64,000 bases of DNA from Camelus ferus. Taxonomy: Eukaryota. The notes beneath the pieces are model-generated. The model saw only the letters and a program-made list of their open reading frames with translations, was not told where the DNA came from and did no database searches. The DNA is taken from positions 28,770,001-28,834,000 of the forward strand of contig NC_045696.1 of the NCBI RefSeq assembly GCF_009834535.1, read 5' to 3'. Position numbers and translations under genes: made by a program. This document shows positions 26,190 through 38,865 of the stretch, piece by piece (position 1 is the first letter of the stretch; every line of letters begins with the position of its first letter).

Positions 26190-26690
26190 TAATTTTTCTT
26201 TCTCACTAAAAGCTGAGCCCAGGGCAAAGGGTTTTATACAGATAGTTTACTTGGAAAGTGATCCAAAGGAGCAAGAGTGGCAAACATGGGAAAGTAAGAG
26301 AGCATAGAAGAATGCAAGACGGGAGGATGTGTTATCCATTGCGCAGCTGCAACAGGTGACTGGTGCTTGATGTGACTAGACAGGGAGAGAAGACTTGTAA
26401 AATGTGCTTCAGAAGAGTTGCCCTGGGAGGCAAAAATGGAAAGCATTTATCTCTTAGCTTCCATCCACTCCCTGAATAAGGATGGCCCCTTGAGTTTAAC
26501 TACCACCACCGCCATTTGAGTTGTATATACAAAAGTGCTGAGCTGGTTCCCTTGGTGACCCACACCACACGCTCATAGGAGACTTGGAGCCAGAAGGAAG
26601 ATTTAATCCGCATTAGACAAGCTCTGCTCACAGCCTGCTTGGCAGTGCTTTGCTGCAACAGTGGCTGGAACAAGAGTTTGGGCCAAGAGA
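26190..26690 (-). mobile_element. ERVL LTR16-like LTR
   Basis: aaagctgagcccagggcaaagggtt...gatagtttacttggaaagtgatccaaaggagcaagagtgg; aagcatttatctcttagcttccatcc. Confidence 0.75.
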
Positions 26691-29600
26691 ATTTTATAAA
26701 CAGTATTCTATGTGCCTGACAGAGTTTTCTATTATAAAAGCATATTCAGATTTTAGTGTTTATCCTGCTTGGTCCTGATTATATGAAGAATCCTCTTTAT
26801 ACTTGATAATCTGTGGGTGACTCAAAAAGAAAGTTAAAAGATTGTTATGCCTACATCGTTATTAAATATCTGTAATATAAACTAAGAATTAAGCAAATTA
26901 ACGTAATAGCATTTTATATTCAGAATAGTATTAGTGAGTAGATATGTTCTTGAGTATCTGGGGTACCTAAATGGTAATCTTGGCCATGGACCCCCACTTT
27001 CAACACATATATCCTGAAATACTGAGAACAAGTTCGGCAGTATAGTATATGGCATTCAAGCAGCTATTAATAGTAACTGATAACCACTAAACTGCATAGA
27101 TGCGAAATTTTCATTATCATCCTAAGTAAACATCTTAAGACACATTTAGAATTATGCTATTTGAAGAGGATAACATATTAAACTAAAAATCATCCTAATG
27201 ACTCAGCTCAATAGAATGGAACAGAGAGATTATATAATTATATAACCTACCTCAATAAAACGGGATGATGAAGAATTAAACTGTGATTGATGGAAGAATG
27301 TCAGTGCATTCATTGTTACTAAACAATCTCCCATACCCACCCCCTTGTTGTTGGGTATTTTTTGTTTTTTTTTCCCTCTCAGAAGACCTGTATCCCCTTG
27401 GGACATCTGATAGATGTAAAACTAATTTCAGGTGATTTGTTGAGTTAATTAATTAAGTAATATATAAATATAAAAGTGAGTATGTTAGGAGTGTTAATTT
27501 CATGGACTTCACAGATTACTGAGTCAAAGGAAACATTGCATACATAATACTGTGCTTTTCAAAGTTTAACTTTCATACCAATTATCTGTAAATCTTGTTA
27601 AAAGTCATCTTGTATTAAACATTTTGAAGACTATTACATGCTATCTGCTTTTGTCCCTCAAATTAATTGATATTTGACATTTTCAGCCTTGTTAGCCACT
27701 TATTAGAATGCTATATAGTAAATGGCCCATTTTTTTTTAAGTAGTGACTATGGCAACATCAAGGTATCATTTTAATATATTCACTGGACTCAAAAAACTA
27801 GTCTTTTGCCCTGAGATTTAAAGTTCTCCATACATTCGACATATTCTTCCATTACTACGTTTCCTAGATTGTGTGGTCCCTCCTGACTCATCACAAACCT
27901 CACATTCTTTTGTGTGTTTCAAAAGCCACAGTAAGACATCATAACCCTAATTCTTCCTTTATTGACATATTCACTGTTTAATATTCTTATTCACTGTTTC
28001 TTAAAAGAGTGAAACTCTTAAAGGAGCTTCTTGAAAAATATTGTATCTAAAAGGAAGGACCAAATATGATCAATATCCCTGCTCATGCTAATATGCACTG
28101 TGCCTTTTGTTTATTTTCATTTATATACGCCAGCAGTTTGGTAAGTCCCTGACTAAAATGAGTGAATATAATAATGCAGTTATTCATGATTGCAAAATTA
28201 CCCTATAATTCTCTTAATTAAATTATGAATCAAATCAATAATATAATAATTAAACTATGGCTATTTCATATTATGAGTTTTCATAAATATAAACTATAAA
28301 AATTTAGGGCCCTAAAATTATAAAAATGGAATGTTCCTCAAGATTTAACAAAATACAATTGTGAAATTAATTTTCTAATTAAAATTTGTTTTAGTGGCAA
28401 TTTTTTACTTTGAATTTTATTTTTAAATTATCCAAACAAACACACTAACAAAAAGAAAAAGAAAAAAATCAAACCCACAAAGAGAAAAGTACTAAATCTT
28501 CCATATACTATGAGAAACCCCAGTATTAAAAAAACTACATTTTCAGGCAAAATTTGCCATTTCTAGTGGAGATGGTATTAGAAGAAAATTAGCTATCATA
28601 TTAAAGCAGTAATGAGATCACAGTCTTCTCTGGAATTAAATGTCTAATTTAATAAGTGGGCCTTCCAAAAATGTTCTAAATATATGGTAGTGGAGATATA
28701 AATTTTCATGTTAGGACTGCTTGCACCATTAAAAGGAAAATTGCCCCTTTCTTGCCTTTCGGTTACTTGAGATCAAACTGTTGGCTCAGTGTCTGATCAT
28801 CCCGGTGGCTGCATGCCAGATTAGCAATATTGCGAACCTGCGTCTATCAGCTCGAGGTAGTGTTGCTGGCAGGAGCCTCTACAGCACTTAATTTAATTAG
28901 ATGAAGCCTCCATTGTTGAAACTGCTGAACACAGTATTTTTGACTGAGCCAAGGAAGAATCTAATTTATTAGACCTTTGAAACTGTGCGGTAGAAGTGTC
29001 ACTGTGGTGTCTCACAGCAACTGCAATGTTTTGAATATAAATTCTGAATCCCAAGGAAAGCAGTATTTCAGGTATCTATCCTGTCTTTATTGCTGATGTG
29101 CTAGGCGTTTTACTTTAGAGCTATTATGGTCTTGGTTATTGTTGGCTTGCAAGTTCGAATATAGTCTCCCATTATTATTCCACACAGAAATTTGGTGCCG
29201 TGATGGGAGTAGTGAGTGAGGATTAAGGGGACCTACGTTTTATTTTATCTTTGTTTTATTGTGTGATATTGAACCTGCCATCTCATTCCAGCAGGCTTAT
29301 ATAGAAGAAAAAGGACAGACATTTCTTTAGAAGCAAGAGCTGTTATAAAGCTTATAAAATAAATTCTAAAAGGAGCTTTGAGATATAGGGAAAATGAAAT
29401 TAAGTTTTATTGAGCAACTGCTGCATGCTTGCTATGAAATGGCAAACAATCAAACAAAATAAAAAATAACAACAATCAAAAACACCTCAGTCTTTGTCTT
29501 AAAAGAGATTATACCAAGAGAGAAAGACTAAAAATGATCAATGTACCTGCTAAGAATACATCTGTTTTGTAAATAAAGTTAAAAATAGTTTGTGGATTAT

Positions 29601-29869
29601 ATTCAACTTTGGCAAATGAAGGAGCATTTGCTGTTTATTGTACTGATGTAAATAAAGATTTAGGCTAAACACAAAGAAGAATAAAATTGCAAATATATTT
29701 CATAGTTGGTTTAGGAAGAAACATAGTTTAGAATCTTCCTTTAAATGCAATTGAAAGAATTTGACTCTGGGAATCAATGTTCTGTACATAAGACAGTGGA
29801 TATACCTGTTAAAGGAATAGGGATTGGGTAAGACGACCCCCTGACAACACACAGCCACTGCATCTATAT

Positions 29870-30180
29870 TTACCAAGAAAAGATTTATCGATTTATCATG
29901 TGTGATTTAAGCTATGTCCTAGGTCCTAAGGATGCTGCAGAAAATGACAGACATAGTCTTTATTCTAATTTTCCAGTGGGATTTACAATCGAACAGGGAC
30001 ATTGACACACACACAAATAATATCAAGTATTACATTACAAAGGATACTATGGTGCTATGAAGGATGTAATGGAAAGATCTAAACTTGGCTGATGAGTCCA
30101 AACTAGGCTTTCCTGAGGAAATTATGTTTAAGCTGCTATCTGATGGGTGGATAGAAATTAGCCAAGGAAGCTTTGAGGTG
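29870..30180 (-). mobile_element. LINE-2 3' fragment
   Basis: gtcctaggtcctaaggatgctgcagaaaatgacagacatagtc; ggctttcctgaggaaattatgtttaagctgctatctgatggg. Confidence 0.75.
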
Positions 30181-30696
30181 ACTAAGTCATTATGTCTTTC
30201 TGTTCTTATTGAAACATATATGGCTTCCCATTTTTCCAGCTGGAATAGCTCTGTTCTTCACCAAGGAAATACAGAGTAAGCATAATAAAAAAATAAGTGT
30301 CAATCTAGGACTAAATGTCTATATAGATTCAAATATTTTTAGATTACTTTTAAGTGAAAAGGGAGGGAAAGGGAAAACTTTCATTAAATACTCAATTTTT
30401 GCATAGATTTTTACTATAGAATAAAAATAGTTAAAACACTCAAATGCTTTAAAAAAATGCAACTCATTATTTGCCACTGAGAAAATCTGTATGACTTTAA
30501 AAATAGAATTTTTATCTACCATTACTATCTTATTATCTTCACCCTTATTATTGAAATAAAAACTCTTTACAGCTTTCCCTCTTTATTTTTAGCACACTGG
30601 AATCCCTTGTTATTAAGTGACTACCGGATGGGAAGCTGATCCCTGGTCTGGCTAGAAAAAAGGTAAAGAGAAAAGATCGTTAAGGGCCTTTAACAC

Positions 30697-30853
30697 TAGT
30701 GCTTTAAAATTTCAATGAGCATCTGTGTCACCTTGGGATCTTGCCAGTATGTCAGTAATAATTCAGTATTACCAGGGTGGCACCTGATAATCTATATTTA
30801 GAATAAACACTTAGGTGAAGATGTGTTTTTTCCTACAAAAACACACTTTGTGT
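30697..30853. mobile_element. MER5-type hAT-Charlie MITE remnant
   Basis: tagtgctttaaaatttcaatgagcatctgtgtcaccttgggatcttg...ttaggtgaagatg...acacactttgtgta. Confidence 0.6.
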
Positions 30854-30967
30854 AAGAGTCAGATTTCACTAAGGATTTTAGATCCCATTTTAGAACAATG
30901 GGAAGGCATCAAGGCATTGTAAGCAGGACAGTGGCATGATGTGATTTTTAGTTTTAAATGATCACTT

Positions 30968-31445
30968 AATGAAAAGACATAGAGAAAATGTTAATGCATA
31001 TTGCTGAGGGAAAGAAGCCCGTCTAAAAAGGCTCTATATTGTGTGATTCCAGTTATATGACATTTTGGAAAAGGTAAAACTATGAAAAGAATAAACAGAC
31101 CAAGAATTGACAGGGGCCCAGGGGGAAGGATGGAGAGATAGATAGGCAGCCTGGGGGATTCTTAGGGCAGTGAAACTATTCTGCATGATATTGTAATGGT
31201 GGAATCACATTACACATTTGTCAAAACAAAAAGTGTACACCATGTAAACTATGGACTTTAATAATAATACATCAGTATTGGTCCATCCCTTGTAATAAAT
31301 ATGTAAGACTAATGCAAGATATTAATAATAGGGGGAACAGCATGGCGACTAGGAGAAGGCTTATACAGGGACTCTGTATTTGCAACTCGATTTTTCTGTA
31401 AACCTACAACTGCTCTAAAAATTAAAGTATATTAACTAAGAAGAA
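30968..31445 (+). mobile_element. L1MC-type 3'UTR inserted in an L2 fragment
   Basis: gattccagttatatgacattttggaaaaggtaaaactatg; ttagggcagtgaaactattctgcatgatattgtaatggtgg; ctgtaaacctacaactgctctaaaaattaaagt. Confidence 0.9.
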
Positions 31446-34159
31446 AAAGATCATTCTTGCTACAGTGTGACAAAAAGTTTAGAATTTTAAAAAGCGATGC
31501 AGTGAACAAACTAATTTTACCTTGCAACTATTTCCCAATATCAAATCAGTTTAATACTATCATACGACCATCACCATAAATAGATCATCAATGACACAAA
31601 ATATGCATTCCCTCAATTCCTACATGAATATGAAAATAAAGATACAAAATGAACATTAGAATCAAATGGATTAGTTTTAAAAAAAACTCACTATACCCAC
31701 AAATATCAAACTGTTTTATGCATTTTGTACAGTGTATCTTCAGTGTGTGGTTCATGTGGTTTATTGGGCAGTGACGATGGCTGAGAACATTGGAATGGGA
31801 GTGCAAATAAGAAAAGAAACACCAATTAATGATATATTTACAAAAGAGAATCATAAGACTTGATAATTCATAGGATATGAATGGCCAAGAGAATGTAATG
31901 CCCAGGATCACTTACAAGCATTTGGACAAATGACTGAGTGGATGGTGGTATCTTTTACTGATACAGAGATTAGGAGAAAATATTAGGTTACTGCAAAGGC
32001 AACAATAGAAACAATGGATCATAGATACTTGCTGTTCTAGAGAGAAAACAAAACAGTGGTAATAGATGGAGAAACATAAATAAAGAAGAAAGAAAGAAAG
32101 AAATTAAGCCATAATTCTTGATAAACTCAGCGTAAAATTGCATTGAAGGGAGCTGGGAGGAGAGGATTATCTTGTTTTAGTAAACATAATTTAAATTATT
32201 AATTTTAGAGGTGAGTGAACCCTGGCTGCTAGTACGTTCCAGTGTACAAACATAGGACTTTTAACCAGAAAAATGGCATAAAAAATAGTCAAAGGAAGAG
32301 GCTACCAGAAAAGTGAAAGACCCGAATGTTGGATGAGTTATCTGTGAGGATGATGGGATCATATTTGACGGATAGAAGGAGTAACCATGAAAATTAAGAA
32401 TGAGTCAGTGCCAGTATCTTAAATAAATGAGGGGGCACATCGGTAAACCTGTATACCACAAGAAGGAAGCAAGTCTTCCATACCACAAGAAGGAAGCAAG
32501 TCTTGTAATCAAGTCTAAGAGTTTTAAGACAACAGGAGTTTTAAAAAAATATGGTAGAGGTTCAATGGCAAGGAACTGGCTATCAGGAACAAAGACACTG
32601 ATATGTACGCGGTGAGAGAACATAGATGCTCATCTCTATGCATATAGAGGAGGTTCTGACCATGAAATAAAGAATTCCAGAGTAGGATTCCCAAGGGTTT
32701 GGAACAGAGAGAGGATTTTAATTACAGGACAGGAAGAACAAAGAGGTTAAATGTATGATGGGACATGAAAGACACTTCTACTTTGGACAGATATGAAAAA
32801 GAGGCTTTAGTTTTGTCAGATACAGGGAAAGATGGAGGAAAGGCACAGAAAATCTCACCCTGCTAACTCCAGGACGATATAGATGGGGGATCGTACACAG
32901 GATATCTGGGGGTATGTAGGCACAGGAAGACGGAATTCCAACAGCATCATTTCAATGACTCACAACGGAGAGCTTATTTGGATGTTAGTGGACAAAGAGT
33001 CTTTGTATCAAATGTTCATGAGTTGATGGGATGGGGCAAGCCAATATTAAATTTTTTTATAGAATACCTCTATTCTAAACTCATAACAAAAATATTAAAA
33101 AAAATTATGGGTAATTGGAGTTTTCAGTTACTCTCCTTTTAATTAGCAATTAATAGAATTTCAAACTGCGTAAGTAATCAACCATGGAAAAATTAATTTT
33201 TGTTACCAATATTATCACATTTATTTGGCAGTTGAGCTTTAGAAGGTTCATATGTAAATTACATTTCTATTTATTTTAGGTGACTCTTGAGAATTACAAT
33301 AAAAGTTTCTTCCATTATGTGGAGTAGTGGTTCGGAATATTTTTAGAGCACTGAAAGTGCTTTTTAGCAATTCTCCTCATGGTGAGCCCTGGGTCATTTA
33401 AAATTTATGCTATGCACTCAACAGGAAAGTTATCAGGATCCTGGGCTGTGCGAAAATTGAGAACATTCACTGATCAATGATGTATGAACTGAATCTACAA
33501 CTTGTTTATTTGGCTTCACCTGCACTTTACTGACATTTTGATTCATATTCTTGGTAATACATGTATATATATAAAGTCATATACATGCTGGAAAACAATC
33601 AAACCATTTTGATACTCTAATGATATCTAATTTGTGCAGTAGCCTGACTTAATCTTATCCAGGGATCAAAATCTTCTGAGTAGCTTCATGTGAAACATGT
33701 TCATTAAAATCCTTTGAGGATTTTCTTGGGGTTTATCCTTTTAGTAATACAGCTGTCACAAATTCTGTGCATGTTTAAAATAAATGTACAGACTGATACC
33801 TATTTTCTCAATTTGGAGAATTTTACTATAAATATAAAATTGTGTAATACTGTAGTGAATTTTTAAAAAAGCAGACCAAATGTATAAGAAGGTGTCAAGA
33901 TTATTTTATTAGAAAAATCTGGAAAATCCACTAGGCTTCATTTCTTATGGCCTGTTTGGGTGATTATCTTTTTGTCATGTTCTGCTTGAATTTTGTGCTT
34001 CTTACCATAGTTAGTAAGCTTTAGTGCTTTCTGGACAAATCTTGCCTCTTTTATTACATTTATTATGTCTCCTTGTCAATAAATTCATAGTTCATGTCTG
34101 ACTAGAGTTGCTGTTAACTCTTCTCTTATCTTGGTATGTCAGGTTTTCATAAGGTTTAT

Positions 34160-34345
34160 ACTTTTAAATTGAAGTATAGTCAACTTACAATGTTGTGCTA
34201 ATTGCTGGTGTACAGCACAAGGATTCATTTATATACATACATATATTCTTTTTCATTATAGACCATTAAAAGGTACTGAATATAATTCCCTGTGCTGTAC
34301 AGTAGAATCTTGTTTATCTATTTTATATATAGTAGTTAATATCTC
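34160..34345 (-). mobile_element. Short cetartiodactyl-type L1 3' tail
   Basis: aattgaagtatagtcaacttacaatgttgtg...ggtgtacagcac...aatataattccctgtgctgtacagtag, antisense to the 3' tail seen at 51460-51630. Confidence 0.85.
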
Positions 34346-34559
34346 CAATGCCTGTCTCTCACCTTTGCTACTAAGAAGTTAAGCTTTGCTTTATTAGTGA
34401 GTCTTACACTCAAATTTTCTTTTGGTACTTAATTCCCCCAAAGAATGAATATCCTACTCCTCCATCTTGAGCTGTTGAAACATCTGGACATAAGTATGAT
34501 GTCTCTATCCTGCAAAGTATCCTAAAATGTCCAGTGGAACTCAACTCAAAATTCTGCTG

Positions 34560-34800
34560 CTTGTAGCCTGGGGCTTGGAAGTTTGCACTCTGCAAAAAAC
34601 TGACAATATTTGAACCACTTATTACCTATTTGACCTTGGATTATTTGTCCGATTATCTTCTGTGTGTCTATGTTTCCTCTTGTGAAATATCGTGATGTTA
34701 ATAAAAGTGCTTACCTCTTTGGGTTGTTATGATGATTAAGTGAGCTAATAGTTTTAAGTGCTTGCAAAATGAAGTGCCTACCTAATATGTATTCATTATT
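34560..34800 (+). mobile_element. MIR SINE
   Basis: gaccttggattatttg...gtttcctcttgtgaaat...cttacctctttgggttgttatgatgattaagtgagctaata. Confidence 0.7.
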
Positions 34801-35244
34801 TATTTGTTTATTTGAGTTTAGATTTTTTTTGCTAATGATGTTTACACTCAGCCCAACACTCTTATCCACTACCACCCCTCTGTGGATTTATTTTCTCATA
34901 TAGTATTCAAGTTAGGTTTCAAAACTATAAATCCTTTAAAATTTTTCTTGCCTTGGCTTTGTCTGTCCCTGTTTTCAAATTGCTAGTGACTTGCATGTAT
35001 TACTCACTAAAGATTTTTCACGCATAAAATATCTCCCATATAGTTGTTTCAAGGACAAAATAGATAATATATGATAAATACATACCAGAGTGCTGAGCAC
35101 TCAGTAAGGCTCAATAATTCTTAGCTCGACACACCATTTGTTATGCCTACTTGAATAGGTCTCTGCTAGTCCTACTGCAAACCAAGACTTGTCTATGACA
35201 TTTATGTTTTAGTGATTTAGAACCAATAAATTTTGGGGCAGTAA

Positions 35245-36064
35245 GATCTCTTTGAACCTATGATACTTTTGACACCAAACATGTAGGTTTTCCTCACCAA
35301 GCAATTCTCCAACTCTCTGCATACACCAACGGGATGTCCTACAAGTCAATTCAGGCCTGATGCTAACTACCAAAGTCAGAACAGATCCCACAGGTTAAGG
35401 ACTCAGTCTCACAAGACTTATCCCCACTTCGACTGCCAATCACGAGTCTCAGGCCTCTCATTCTTCTGGCCCATTGGCTATAAATCAGAGGTTGCCATAA
35501 CTTCCTCCTCAGTGTTGGTAACTTGCTAGAAAGACTCACTGAACTCAGGGAAAACTTACTTCCTAATACCAGTTTATAATAAACAGTATTATAAAGGATA
35601 CAAATGAACAGACAGAAGAAGAGGTCCATAGGGAGAAGTCTGGAAGGGTCTTTCAGGTAGGAGCTTCCATCTCAGTGGAGTGTCCACTTTTCTGGAAGAT
35701 GCTTGAACTCGATTGTTTAGGGCGTTCATTGAGGTTTATGTAGGCATGACTGATTATTAACTCAGTCTCCAGCCCTTCTCTACACTGAAGGTCAGGAGTT
35801 GGGGCTAAAAGTTTGAACCCTCTAATCACTTGATTGGTTCCTCTAGCAACCAGCCCCCATCCTGAAGCTATCTAGGGGTCCATCAAGAGTCACTTCCTTA
35901 GCATGGACCAAGGTAAGTTTGAGAGAGTTTTATCATGAATAAAAAAGACATCTCCCTCAACCCTATCACTCAGGAAATTATAAGGGTTTTAGGAACTCTT
36001 TGCCAGGAACCAGGGACATAATGAAGACCAAATATGTATTTCTTATTATATCACAGTATCGTAA
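35245..36064 (-). mobile_element. MER21-type LTR
   Basis: Reverse-complement homologue of 14275-15180 (ttgctagaaagactcactgaactcagggaaaac; aagaccaaatatgtatttcttattatatcacagtatc). Confidence 0.9.
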
Positions 36065-36676
36065 CGTCTACCAAGAAACACAGAAGGGAGCAAATAAGAA
36101 AAGAGTTTATAGATAAACAAGTTTCTTCTGCATAGCACAGAGAACTATATTCAACAGTAATCTATAATGAAAAAAATATGAAAACTCATATATGTATGTA
36201 TATGTATGAGTGAAACATCATGCTGTACACCAGAAATTGACACATTGTAAACTGAATATACTTCACTTAAAAAAAAAAAAAGTTTAACTGGAGTCTACTG
36301 CAATTTGGGAGATACCAACTTGGTTAAAACTGAGCATGTTCCAAGGAAGAGAAAGAGTCAAGGTCTTATAAAGGTAAAAACTACAAGGCTGTTAAAATTG
36401 TCTGACAATAATTATGATTGAGCCCGATGCAAGAAAGGAAATGTTTATCCTTAAAGGATTTGCTGTGAGTTATTTTAAGGTAGGGGTCCGATAACTCTCT
36501 TGAGTTTCCGGAACACTGGGCATGTGTACCGGATACCTGTGTTAAAACAGTAAGTGGCCAAAGTCAGAATCCATTTAGGCTGAGACGTGCATAAGCCACA
36601 CTTCCTCAAGGGTCTGCCAGCTCCATTTCAGAAAGCTCTTTACCAAAACTGACTTCATTTTTATTTTCCTTTCACA
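36065..36676 (-). mobile_element. Solo ERV1-class LTR (MER4/MER41-like start), interrupted by an L1 tail
   Basis: Minus strand starts TGTGAAAGGAAAATAAAAATG at 36676 and continues with ttctgaaatggagctggcagacc; other end near (c/t)gtctacc at 36065. Confidence 0.75.
36110..36280 (+). mobile_element. Short camelid-type L1 3' tail with poly(A)
   Basis: agataaacaagtttcttctgcatagcacagagaactatattcaa...gctgtacaccagaaattgacacattgtaaactgaatatacttc plus an A run; flanked by aaaagagttta / aaaaaagttta. Confidence 0.9.
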
Positions 36677-38204
36677 GCGGGCAGTGCCTTGAATAGCTAT
36701 CTCATCTCTTAACATTATTTTTGGTCTTGGCTATCTTAGAGATCAGTTATCCACCAGTTAGCTCTCAGTAAACTTGACCATTACCAATGCTGACTGAAAA
36801 ATTAAAATCACTTGGAAGTGGAAAACACAAGATAATTGAAAACAATTGCATAACTGAAAACAGCAAAAGAGAGAATTTAAAAAATAACTACAGGGATAGT
36901 CGGTAGCAATAGTTTACTAAGGATAGGATTTTTCTACAGAGAAAGAAAAAAAAAAAAAAAAGGAAAAGAAAAATCTACATTTTTGCCAGGAAAAAAAAAT
37001 GCATTTGGTGGCGACTACTGATCTAAATGGAACTTCTAAGGACAAAACACTCAATAAGGTGTATTTCTCCCCTCCCACTGGAATATGTCTTTATTTTTTC
37101 TTAAGTCTCTTTGAGTAGTAAATCAAATTTTCCATGAACTCTGTATGTACAATATACATGCAAGAAAATATGTATGTGCAATAAAGTATAAGATTTTTAA
37201 TACCTATCTGAATTCTAATCAGGCATCATAAATTGTTCATAGGGTATTTTAGAAAATGCAATAATTTTGAGAAAGAAATGCTGCAATGTTTTTTCCATAT
37301 TCTGATTGTGGATTAAGCATTACCAGCTACGTACTCAGAATAGGGTCTAGGAGAGAATTCACTGATATGCTGTTAATTAATGACTATAAGTCATAAAGTA
37401 TCTAAGTGGTAGTTGAGAAAATTGCAACTTAATATGTAAGGGACAGAATTTAGTGAAAATAAGCTCTAGGCTCATAATTTCTCAAAAATTTAGTATAAAA
37501 TTACTTAAATATTAGCTGTATGAATTAGTAAATATAACAGATTTTGTGATCATACCTGAGATACTAATTAACATCTATATAAAATAAGTAGTAGTTAAAA
37601 TTATCATTTAGGAAATATATCATCATATGAAATTACCCATTTAAAATTGTATGGATCCATACACAGAAATTGATTATTGTGTTTTTTCCTTATGCATTAA
37701 CTCATCCCAATTTATATTGATTCAATAAATACTTGAACAGCTCACCATGTGCCTGTTATTGTTTCCGTTTGTATGTAATATGCTATATGCCTTGCAAGGG
37801 TTAGATAATACTGTTTTATGTAAAGAGATAGCTATTATGCTTTCAAAATAACCAAAATAGAAGATGCAAAATTTCAAGGTGAGATTTATGTTGTTTATTA
37901 GCCCACGTAATCTAATCCTTAAGGCAATCAAAATTAAAATAGGATAGATACAGTCTTTTTAAACATTGTATGTTAATCTTGGAAAAAGATAGAGGACCAT
38001 TGTCATAAGTATTAATTAAATAGCACAGTCTTTAGAAATTTATTATGAATGAAAAATGTGTTTCATATATAATGGACGTTAACTACACCATAGATCCTGA
38101 AGTAACATGTTTTCATCTTTTATTTTAGTATATCAAAGTTATCAGTAAAGCTTTTCTCTAAGCACATGGTTGGATCCAGAGGTAATCAGTTCTGTCCTTA
38201 GGTG

Positions 38205-38350
38205 CTTTTCAAAAGTCACCTCATTAATATAAAAAAAAGCCAACCCTATCACTCTCATCACTTAGGAAATTCCAAGGGTTTTAGGCTCACTATTCCAGAA
38301 GTGGGAATGTGGACCAAATAAATATATTTCTTATAAATCACAATATCACA
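38205..38350 (-). mobile_element. MER21-like LTR 5' fragment
   Basis: atcacttaggaaattccaagggttttaggc...gaccaaataaatatatttcttataaatcacaatatcaca, homologous to 35965-36060. Confidence 0.8.
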
Positions 38351-38354
38351 TGAA

Positions 38355-38865
38355 ATGTCTAGTATGGCTGGAGGCAACAGGTACTCTTCCAAACTTTATG
38401 TGTGTCCTCTAATCCTTTCTGGTGGTTATTTCCCCAACCTTGGTTAGATACTCAGATTCATCTGTGGATCAGTACTCAACACAAGAGCATTGTGTTGAAA
38501 AGGACCCTCTGCAAGCTCCAGAGTTCTTTATCCATCTAGCTCGCTCCTTGCCTGTACTCTGCTCTGCAAACTCCAGCCCCTTTGTCTCCCCAAACTTGCA
38601 GTACTGTCTTCTCAACTCAGGTACTCTGCCTTGGTTTATCCTCACGGCATCATAGCCTAGAAACTCTCTTAAGTCTAGAATCGGGGGCAAAAGGAGGGCT
38701 TTCCTCATTTGTTTTTCATCACTCAGGAATCACTGTCCTTCAATGTCTATTGCGTCATAATTTACAAAGTGTTGTTTTATATATATCTGGTCTGTTTTGA
38801 GGATGTTTCTAGCAGAAGGATAAAATAGGTCCCTGTTACTCCATCTTGGTCAGAAGCTGAAGTTT
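38355..38865 (-). mobile_element. Old L1 5'UTR fragment
   Basis: Ends ggtccctgttactccatcttggtcagaagctgaagt (antisense AAGATGG YY1-type 5' end); related copies at ~47850-48030 and ~49930-50540. Confidence 0.7.

Noticed and set aside
32453..32504. Direct repeats as a CRISPR-like array (also 16147-16216)
   Set aside because: Only two units, no unique spacers, eukaryotic context; simple tandem duplications
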